A stretch of 23,088 nt of DNA, from the NCBI GenBank assembly GCA_046538155.1, contig JBKHJL010000015.1, forward strand, positions 1-23,088, read 5' to 3'. How positions within the stretch are numbered: position 1 is the first letter of the stretch; each line of letters begins with the position of its first letter. A program made the position numbers and the translations under genes. Positions 16,411 to 23,088 of the stretch are shown piece by piece. Below the pieces are notes generated by a model. It was not told the DNA's origin and searched no databases. It was given only the letters and a program-made list of their open reading frames with translations. Source of the DNA: Candidatus Micrarchaeia archaeon (GTDB taxonomy: Archaea > Micrarchaeota > Micrarchaeia > Anstonellales > Bilamarchaeaceae).

Positions 16411-17946
16411 ATGGCTCAGAAGCAGGCAGAGAAAGAAGAGGAAGGAATGGAGCAGGTTCCGGTTAAGGTTGAGAAGGAAAATGATTCATTATTGCGGCAG
16501 TTTGAATTTGAGCTCACCCATGTTGATTACAGCGGGGCAGGAGACATTACAAAGGCGGATGCCAGCATAGGGGTCGGCCCTGTGCGGGTTTGGCTTGGGA
16601 CAGGGGCGCTGGACCTGGATTATTATGATCCTCTGTTTTTTGTAACTCCCAGGCTGGAGATTGGTGGGGAAATAAAAGATGTGGAGCTATACTCAGACGC
16701 GAGCCTCACTATTATACCTGAGGGCTCAGAAACCAGGACAATGGTATTCAGAAATCTGGCGGCGGGAGCAGTATGGGAGCCAGTCAGCCCTGAGGAAACA
16801 GAGGGTTTTGGGTTTCGGCTGGGGCTTGAAGCAAAATGGGGAGCAGAAGCGGAAACTAATGTTGGGCGCCGCACTTACTCTTTTGCAGCTGCCGGAGCTT
16901 CATTTACCTTTGAACCCATAACTTTCTATGCAAAAGAGCAGGTGTTTTTCCGTTCCACAAAACCGTATGAAGAAATTGGGCTGAAGAGGGCAGAACCACA
17001 GCATGATGAGCTCAAGGCAGGGATGGTGCTGGACCTTGAGGGGTTGGATATAACTGCGGAATTTTTGCATACTCCTTTTGAGAAGGGAGGGGGGGTTTCC
17101 TTTATGATTGAAGGGGAATATCTCTCTCCAGAAATATATTTTTCAGGAAAATACCGGGAAGAAACATTTGGGGGAAGCGAAGTGACCGGTGGCCTTGTGC
17201 TGCATTTTGAAGGTAAAAAAACCCGTGGAAGGGGAAAACTTGAAAAAACTCTGAGTGGTATGAAGAGCGGGCAGGACTGGGAACTATTATATGGCAAAAA
17301 AACCCCGGAAGAAGAAAAGAAGCAGGAAATGTTTGAGCAGGCAATTGAAGAATCAGAAAACCTTAATGAGTTTGCTGCAAAATACAGGGGGGCATCAGTT
17401 TCTTCAAAAATATATGCTGCGCAGAGGATTGGCAAAATTGCATGGGCTGTGCAACAGGAAATGGGGGGCGATGCTCTTTCACTCAAACCGGAGGATGTTG
17501 TGGGGATGGATGAGTCAAAAACATATGATGCAGTGAGAACAGCAGCAGCAGGAGGGCTTGCAGACCCAGGAACGTGTGTAACAGTACACTCGCTTATAGC
17601 AGAATTCCTGCGGGAAGCAGGAATGGAAGCTTATGCAGTGGGGTTTCCAAGAAAGGATGATAGCCATTTGGTTGCAATAGCAAAAGATCCCAGAAGCGGG
17701 CATATGTACCTCATTGATTACTACGATGTTGTTGAACAGGAGGGGGGGATGCTCTGGCCACTGATGCAACAGTATGCCCAATGGGAGGGGATTATCATAA
17801 ACAGGGTGGAAGTTTACGGGAAGAACAATAATATAATCGGGTGCTATACTGGGCCGGAGGGAAAGATGCTGGATGAGGCTGCTGGGATGAGAGAAGACAG
17901 GATGAAACGTGCACTAATCAGGAAAAAAATTCCGGAGAAAAAGTGA
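16411..17946 (+). CDS. Uncharacterised protein: beta-barrel-like amphipathic-strand region plus C-terminal transglutaminase/papain-like Cys-His-Asp domain
   Basis: ATG 16411 (MAQKQ) matches the paralog's MAQKK start. PGTCVTVHSLIAEFLREAGMEA...SHLVAIA...YLIDY fits the GxC...H...D layout of the transglutaminase-like superfamily. Confidence 0.8.
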   Translation: MAQKQAEKEEEGMEQVPVKVEKENDSLLRQFEFELTHVDYSGAGDITKADASIGVGPVRVWLGTGALDLDYYDPLFFVTPRLEIGGEIKDVELYSDASLTIIPEGSETRTMVFRNLAAGAVWEPVSPEETEGFGFRLGLEAKWGAEAETNVGRRTYSFAAAGASFTFEPITFYAKEQVFFRSTKPYEEIGLKRAEPQHDELKAGMVLDLEGLDITAEFLHTPFEKGGGVSFMIEGEYLSPEIYFSGKYREETFGGSEVTGGLVLHFEGKKTRGRGKLEKTLSGMKSGQDWELLYGKKTPEEEKKQEMFEQAIEESENLNEFAAKYRGASVSSKIYAAQRIGKIAWAVQQEMGGDALSLKPEDVVGMDESKTYDAVRTAAAGGLADPGTCVTVHSLIAEFLREAGMEAYAVGFPRKDDSHLVAIAKDPRSGHMYLIDYYDVVEQEGGMLWPLMQQYAQWEGIIINRVEVYGKNNNIIGCYTGPEGKMLDEAAGMREDRMKRALIRKKIPEKK

Positions 17947-17952
17947 ATATAA

Positions 17953-18067
17953 TGCCAACAGCAGCCCGTTTTTCCGCCCATAGGGCAGTACAGACAAGGC
18001 CGTGAGGACGCTTAACTTCCGAGTTCGGGATGGGTTCGGGTGTTTCCATCCTCCTATGGCCGTTGGC
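17953..18067 (-). rRNA. rrf: 5S rRNA (unlinked from 16S/23S)
   Basis: Reverse strand reads GCCAACGGCCATAGGAGGATGGAAACACCCGAACCCATCCCGAACTCGGAAGTTAAGCGTCCTCACG...GTACTGCCCTATGGGCGGAAAAACGGGCTGCTGTTGGC. It has the conserved CCCATCCCGAAC and GAAGTTAAGC motifs and terminal helix I. Ends are approximate. Confidence 0.95.
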
Positions 18068-18090
18068 GAGCTAATAAAAGATACCGAAGT

Positions 18091-18100
18091 ATTTAAAAAT
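18091..18100 (-). promoter_or_regulatory. Putative TATA box for the 5S rRNA gene
   Basis: ATTTTTAAAT on the minus strand, about 25-33 nt upstream of the 5S 5' end. Confidence 0.55.
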
Positions 18101-18153
18101 ATACTTGTGGCTGGAGAGGAAAGGGGTTAATAATAAAAACAGGAAGTGGAAGC

Positions 18154-18852
18154 ATGGGCACAGAAATTGCAAATGGAGATTATGGGGCAGTTGTAAACCT
18201 GGTGTGGGACAGGTTCCTGGAACTCCTCAGTGCACCAGCTAACGAGCCGGAAATGCTTTGGTTTGCGGTACCGCTTGTCTTCGCTACAATAATGATGGCC
18301 CTCTATTTCGGGAGATACCGGAAAGAGCAGCTGGGATGGAACACTGTATTTGAAAATAGCATGATTTTCCTTTTTGTATCTTTTGATATCTTCAGGAGGA
18401 TGTACGAATCAGGTGAGCCCCACAGCTGGGCAAACATATTTGATAATACACTTTACCTGGGGATTACTGTGGGGCTTGCAGGAGTGAGTTTTGTTTCAAT
18501 GATTTTGATATATTACCACCTGCTTCCGAAAAAAGTGACATTTACGCTTTTTGCGCGGCTTCCGATAAACATCGCCCTTTATGTCATAATGAGCATAGTC
18601 TATGCAGAAGTTGTGGCTGACTGGATAACTGTTGGGGCTGGAATCCTGCTTTTCCTCCTGGTCCTGATACTGGTCTGGATTATTCAGTGGCTGCAGAGGA
18701 AGTCTGCAGAAAAACACGATGAGGATGAGCACGGAACATGGAAAGATGGGGGAGAGGGAAATTACGAATTGGATGAGAAAGACATAGAGAATGGGCCAAA
18801 ATCCTCCCTTAAAATGAAGACGCGGGGGAAAAAAGGAAAAAAGAATAAGTAG
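18154..18852 (+). CDS. Multi-pass (about 5-6 TM) membrane protein of unknown function
   Basis: Hydrophobic helices around EQLGWNTVFENSMIFLFVSFDIFR, followed by an acidic then basic C-terminal tail. Confidence 0.8.
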   Translation: MGTEIANGDYGAVVNLVWDRFLELLSAPANEPEMLWFAVPLVFATIMMALYFGRYRKEQLGWNTVFENSMIFLFVSFDIFRRMYESGEPHSWANIFDNTLYLGITVGLAGVSFVSMILIYYHLLPKKVTFTLFARLPINIALYVIMSIVYAEVVADWITVGAGILLFLLVLILVWIIQWLQRKSAEKHDEDEHGTWKDGGEGNYELDEKDIENGPKSSLKMKTRGKKGKKNK

Positions 18853-18882
18853 GGTTATTTATCTTGTGGGGAGTAAAGAACT

Positions 18883-20457
18883 GTGGGTGTTAATGTGGAT
18901 TATGTTTGCGATACTAGCGTAATTGTGGATGGAAGGATTGTAGAGTTAATCAAAAAAGAGAAGCTTTCAGGCAGGCTGTTTATACACCGGGCAACCATTG
19001 CGGAGCTTGAGCACCAGGCCAACCTCAACAAGGAAATTGGATATGCTGGGTTCTCTGCAATAGAGAAGCTCCGGGAGATGGAGAAAAAAGAAGATATTGA
19101 AGTAATTGTAGAGGGAGAGAGACCCAGGGGGGACCAGATAAAATACGCAAAGAAGGAGGGAACGCTGGACTTCCTGATAAGGGAACTTGCACGGGCAGTA
19201 GGGGGAACGCTCATAACAGGGGACAAGGTACAGCACGAGGCAGCGGGGGCAGAAGGAATAGAAACTATATATTTGCGGGCACATGAAGAGCCTGAAAAAC
19301 TGGAGTTTGAAAAATACTTTGATAAGCCGGACATTATGTCCATCCACTTCAAGGAAAACTGCCGGCTTGTGAGAAAGAGGGGAAAACCAGGGGAAGTAGA
19401 AGTTGAGGAAGTCGGAAAGCCGGTGAAGCTTGCTTACCTACGTTCGCTGGGTGAAGAAATAATTGAAGCTGTAAGCAGGAACAACAGCTACTATTTTGAA
19501 ATAGACAAAATCGGGGCTTCCGTGCTTCAGATAGGAGAGTACAGGGTGGTTATAGCAAAAACCCCTTTCTCGGACGGATTTGAAATAACAATAGTAAGGC
19601 CAATAAAAAAACTGGCATTTTCAGACTACACCATCTCGGCTAAGCTGAAGGACAGGATAGACAATAAGGCTGAGGGGATTCTGATTTGCGGTCCCCCTGG
19701 CTCAGGGAAATCCACCTTTGCCGCTGCCCTTGCAGAGTATTACCATGGAAAAAAGAAGGTTGTCAAAACCATGGAAAGCCCCAGAGACATGAGGGTTAAT
19801 AATGCAATAACCCAGTACACTGCGCTGGACGGGGACTTTGACAATACAAAAGATATACTGCTTCTGGTAAGGCCAGACTACACTTTCTATGATGAAGTAC
19901 GGCGGATGAAAGATTTTCAGGTATTCTCAGACATGCGGCTGTCCGGGATAGGGCTTGTAGGTGTTGTGCATGGGCACCGTGCAATAGACGCAATCCAGCG
20001 GCTCATAGGAAAGGTTGAGCTTGGGGTAATACCCCAGATAGTGGATACCGTTATTCTCATAGACAAAGGAGAAGTCGGAAAAGTATATGAGCTGGAGCAG
20101 GTAGTCAAAGTTCCCACAGGAATGAGGGAGCAGGACCTTGCCCGGCCGGTAATTGAAATCAGGGACTATGAAAACGGGAAGCTGGAATACGAAATGTACA
20201 AATTCGGGGAAGAAACCGTGGTACTTTCCCTGGGCGGAAAAAGCTCTTCTGGGAGCAGAGTTCCCTCAAGGAGGGGCGGGCGGCTTGAAGGCTCCTTATC
20301 CAAAATCATGAAAAAGGATTTCAGGCTGGAAAAGGCGGGAAAGCAGTTTGTGCTTTATGCACATCCCCATGACATGAACTACCTTTTTGGAAAAGGAATG
20401 AAAAAATTCCGGAAGCTGGAAAAGAAATATGGACCTATCCAGGTAGAGGAGATATGA
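18883..20457 (+). CDS. PINc/VapC-domain ATPase (archaeal PINA, Holliday-junction branch-migration ATPase family)
   Basis: N-terminal PIN YVCDTSVIVDG...AELEHQAN...LITGD; Walker A GPPGSGKST; KTMESPRD, LLLVRPDYTFYDEVR, DMRLSGIGLVGVVHG and DLARPVIE; KH-like C-terminus. Confidence 0.92.
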   Translation: MGVNVDYVCDTSVIVDGRIVELIKKEKLSGRLFIHRATIAELEHQANLNKEIGYAGFSAIEKLREMEKKEDIEVIVEGERPRGDQIKYAKKEGTLDFLIRELARAVGGTLITGDKVQHEAAGAEGIETIYLRAHEEPEKLEFEKYFDKPDIMSIHFKENCRLVRKRGKPGEVEVEEVGKPVKLAYLRSLGEEIIEAVSRNNSYYFEIDKIGASVLQIGEYRVVIAKTPFSDGFEITIVRPIKKLAFSDYTISAKLKDRIDNKAEGILICGPPGSGKSTFAAALAEYYHGKKKVVKTMESPRDMRVNNAITQYTALDGDFDNTKDILLLVRPDYTFYDEVRRMKDFQVFSDMRLSGIGLVGVVHGHRAIDAIQRLIGKVELGVIPQIVDTVILIDKGEVGKVYELEQVVKVPTGMREQDLARPVIEIRDYENGKLEYEMYKFGEETVVLSLGGKSSSGSRVPSRRGGRLEGSLSKIMKKDFRLEKAGKQFVLYAHPHDMNYLFGKGMKKFRKLEKKYGPIQVEEI

Positions 20458-21062
20458 CAAGGGTTCTTTCGCTGGAGAGGGAATACGACTTGGCTTTTGC
20501 AGAAGCCTCAGCTGTACTCAGGGAAGGGGGGGTTCTGATTTATCCGACAGACACTGTTTATGGAATCGGGGGGGATGCGCGTGACCAGGAAATTGTTGAG
20601 AGAGTGCGGGGGATAAAGGGGAAAAAGGAGGGAGTGTTTTCAGTGATTCTCGGTGGAATCAGTATGGTGGGGGAATATGCAGTAACTGAAGGGAAAGCGA
20701 TGCAGTACGTGCTGGAAAGCTTTCCCGGCGCAACCACCCTGGTTCTGGAATCAAAAAAAGAGCTTCCTGTAGTGAAAGAAGGGAAGATAGGGGTGCGGGT
20801 GCCGGAGCACATATTCATGCGAAAGCTAAGCCTTGGGCTGGGGATGCCCATCGTGAGTACAAGCGCAAACAGGAGCGGGGAAAGGGCTCCGACAGAATTT
20901 GGGGAGATAGAAAAGGGAGTGATGGATGGGGCAGACCTTGCAATTGACGGGGGAAAAACCCTTCACGGAATGAGCTCTACGGTAGTAGATGTTGAAAGGG
21001 AGGAGGTGCTGAGGAGCGGGGCAGGAAAAATCCCTTTTACGGAGCTGGCAGGGGAATATTAA
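20454..21062 (+). CDS. tsaC: L-threonylcarbamoyladenylate synthase (YrdC/TsaC, single domain)
   Basis: LIYPTDTVYGIG, FPGATTLVL, IGVRVP, PIVSTSANRSG and SSTVVD. No Sua5 C-terminal domain. Confidence 0.93.
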   Translation: MTRVLSLEREYDLAFAEASAVLREGGVLIYPTDTVYGIGGDARDQEIVERVRGIKGKKEGVFSVILGGISMVGEYAVTEGKAMQYVLESFPGATTLVLESKKELPVVKEGKIGVRVPEHIFMRKLSLGLGMPIVSTSANRSGERAPTEFGEIEKGVMDGADLAIDGGKTLHGMSSTVVDVEREEVLRSGAGKIPFTELAGEY

Positions 21063-21107
21063 GGCGGGATGGGATAGCTTTTTATTGTGGCAGTGAGTAG
21101 ATTATAC

Positions 21108-21491
21108 ATGGCAAGAGAAAGTGCAGTTAAGGAAAAACCAATCTTGGATAGACTAATGGGACTACGACCAGTAAGAGAGGAAGGGGCAGCAGAAAAACTT
21201 GCAAATGTAAGGAATGCCAGGACCCGAGCAAAAAGAATAGCAGTATATGACTTAGGGGAAAAAGAGCAGGAAGCCGCACTTTACCCTCTAAGACTGCTTA
21301 ATGAGAAGGGTGTGGAAATTCCTGAATTTGATGAGAATTCCGTGCTTGTAAGCACCGGCCCCAGCAATTATGAACTAAGAAATGAAAGGGATGACGTGGC
21401 ATCATTCATAATCAGAGGAAATAAAGTTGAATACTCCATAAATGGCTCTCCCCGCAGAAGCATTGGGGGCGGAGAGATAGAGGTTGCATAG
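21108..21491 (+). CDS. Hypothetical protein
   Basis: ORF with ATG 21108 (alternative GTG 21087); no recognised motif. Confidence 0.65.
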   Translation: MARESAVKEKPILDRLMGLRPVREEGAAEKLANVRNARTRAKRIAVYDLGEKEQEAALYPLRLLNEKGVEIPEFDENSVLVSTGPSNYELRNERDDVASFIIRGNKVEYSINGSPRRSIGGGEIEVA

Positions 21492-21499
21492 GTGGAAAA

Positions 21500-21862
21500 A
21501 TGGAAGAGTTCGGAAGCATAGAAACCGAAGAAAAAATGACAAAGATGAACCCGCTTTCATCCCTTCCCGGAAGAGTAATAAACGTAAGGAAAACCTGTCT
21601 CCTCGCATTCAGGGATGCAAAAGAGGCATTCGGAGAGCATATGGGGCCGGAGTATGAGCGAGTTCTTGAAAACATAGAAAATGCCAAATTTTCAATAAGC
21701 ACAGATGGGGAAACATACATCATAAGCACAAGTGATTCGGCGGGCCATCTTCTTGCACTGGGCGTTGAAGGAGACACCATAACCCTTACCCTGGCCCGTG
21801 ACGGCAAGGAAGATACCATTACCTACAGGGAAGGGGAGATAAGTAGAAAAAGGCAGGTTTAG
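21500..21862 (+). CDS. Hypothetical protein
   Basis: 120-aa ORF preceded by AGGTGG; helical N-terminal half and beta-rich C-terminal half. Confidence 0.65.
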   Translation: MEEFGSIETEEKMTKMNPLSSLPGRVINVRKTCLLAFRDAKEAFGEHMGPEYERVLENIENAKFSISTDGETYIISTSDSAGHLLALGVEGDTITLTLARDGKEDTITYREGEISRKRQV

Positions 21863-22332
21863 CCTTTCTTTTTAGATTTCTGCCTTTGTGGCCTGGCTTC
21901 TTCTATTTCTGCAGTGGAACAAACCTCCTCTTCTCCAAAAATCCATTCCTTTAGCCTTTGCAGGAGACCTTTATCCTCTCCTGAGGATACCCTTATGGGC
22001 TGTGCAGCACCCGAAGGGCCGTGTGAAACATAATCCGGATCAGTTTCAAGGCAAATCCTGCAAAGCCGCTTGCCATTGAACTCATATAGGACATCTGCAG
22101 GCCTTCCGCACTTTTCGCAGTTGCCTGCAGACCTGCTTTCCTCACTTGCAACATTTTCAGAATCCCTTGCTACCTTTTCCCTTTTCTCCTCTTTTTCCCG
22201 CTCCTCCTCTTCAAGTGCCCCATGGCAGGCAGGGCAGAGAAGCAGACCTTCGAAATACTGGGCCTCATCCGCAGGAAAATAGCTGCCGCAGTGCTGGCAC
22301 TGCTTGTGGGTGTCAAGATAATCTGCCATCAT
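21859..22332 (-). CDS. Protein with two C4 zinc-finger modules
   Basis: CQHC-x17-CPAC and CEKC-x15-CRIC separated by a charged helix. Confidence 0.75.
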   Translation of the reverse strand: MMADYLDTHKQCQHCGSYFPADEAQYFEGLLLCPACHGALEEEEREKEEKREKVARDSENVASEESRSAGNCEKCGRPADVLYEFNGKRLCRICLETDPDYVSHGPSGAAQPIRVSSGEDKGLLQRLKEWIFGEEEVCSTAEIEEARPQRQKSKKKG

Positions 22333-22432
22333 CTCCTTTAGGAGCGGGGTAATATAGGGTTTTGGGGTATATGTGTTAAAGTATGGAAAAAAGTATATTA
22401 TTTAAAAAGATTTCTATGGAAGAATATATGTC

Positions 22433-23088
22433 ATGACTACCACTCAAAGAAAAGAACGTGTTCCAAGAGAAGGCAAAAGCACCCTATCAATCAGGGTTCA
22501 GCGGCCTCCTGAGCTGGAGGAGAGGCTGGGAAGCAGCACTAATGCCAGGTTCATTACTTTTGGAAACGTACACAGAGTTATCTCAAGGGCATTGAGAAAA
22601 AGACAGAAAAAGTGGAGGGGCAGCGAAGAAAAAACAAGAAAAGCGCTTGAAGCTGCGATGGCGGTTATGCAAAGGGAAAAGGAACAGGCAGGGGGCTGGG
22701 AAAACGAAACCGCTTTCAGCGAATATAACGTGCTCAAAGGATTCAGGGCGATGATTCTGGATAAAGGGAAGCTGGGGGAGTTTGAAGGCTGGATTTCTGA
22801 AAAGGAGAATCAATATTCGGAATTCAGGGAGATTTACGCAGACCTGGGATACAGCGGGGAAATGGCCCTTGGGCTGGACATGGCAAAGAACTCCGGAGAC
22901 ATGTACAAAGAAGTACTCAAGCGCTGCAATTGGGCAATGAACGAAGACAGGTGGGCATCAAAAAAAATAGAGGAATTTTACCTGCTTGTTTCCAATCCGA
23001 AAGAGATAGAAGGAACGATGTACACTGTAGGGAAAAAAGAAAAAGAAATGTTTGATAAGGTTTTAACGAAAAAGAAAATGAAAGAATT
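22433..23088 (+). CDS. Hypothetical protein (runs off the right edge)
   Basis: Not in the ORF track. From ATG 22433 the frame is open for 218 codons to the window end (MTTTQRKERVPREGKSTLSIRVQRPPELEERL...FDKVLTKKKMKE). TTTAAAAA lies at 22401, about 30 nt upstream. Confidence 0.8.
   Translation, partial: MTTTQRKERVPREGKSTLSIRVQRPPELEERLGSSTNARFITFGNVHRVISRALRKRQKKWRGSEEKTRKALEAAMAVMQREKEQAGGWENETAFSEYNVLKGFRAMILDKGKLGEFEGWISEKENQYSEFREIYADLGYSGEMALGLDMAKNSGDMYKEVLKRCNWAMNEDRWASKKIEEFYLLVSNPKEIEGTMYTVGKKEKEMFDKVLTKKKMKE

Noticed and set aside
18883..20457. PilT/VirB11 secretion or pilus ATPase
   Set aside because: The N-terminal PIN domain and the ESPRD / RPDY / DMRL motifs identify the PINA family, and no pilus or secretion genes are adjacent.
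1..23088. CRISPR array, IS/transposase or provirus
   Set aside because: I saw no regularly spaced direct repeats and no cas, transposase, integrase or capsid-like ORFs.

Overview
Archaeal chromosomal segment, probably from a DPANN lineage such as Micrarchaeota. The lineage is an inference from the secF-secD gene order, a PINA ATPase, an archaeal Trax/translin, TTTAAA-type TATA boxes, CCA-less tRNAs, an unlinked 5S rRNA and many lineage-specific ORFs. Housekeeping content: an Fpg/Nei glycosylase running off the left edge (missed by the ORF track), Trax, a ComEC-like MBL lipoprotein, a GT4 glycosyltransferase, SecF/SecD, an RBBP9/YdeN hydrolase, a geranylgeranyl-reductase-family flavoprotein, a PINc/VapC ATPase and TsaC. 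Five tRNAs (Gly-TCC, Ser-CGA, Thr-CGT, Gly-GCC, Leu-CAG) and one 5S rRNA are present. Two regions stand out. (1) A free-standing two-motif LAGLIDADG nuclease gene sits inside a tRNA cluster; it follows a hairpin-rich spacer, carries two compensating frameshifts, and has its stop codon inside tRNA-Ser. (2) An 11.7-18 kb block holds two paralogous signal-peptide-less proteins, each with a beta-barrel-like N-terminal region and a Cys-His-Asp/Asn transglutaminase/papain-like domain (one copy broken at homopolymer runs), flanking a secreted metzincin / HEAT lipoprotein / membrane protein operon. All family calls come from motif recognition by eye; no searches were run.
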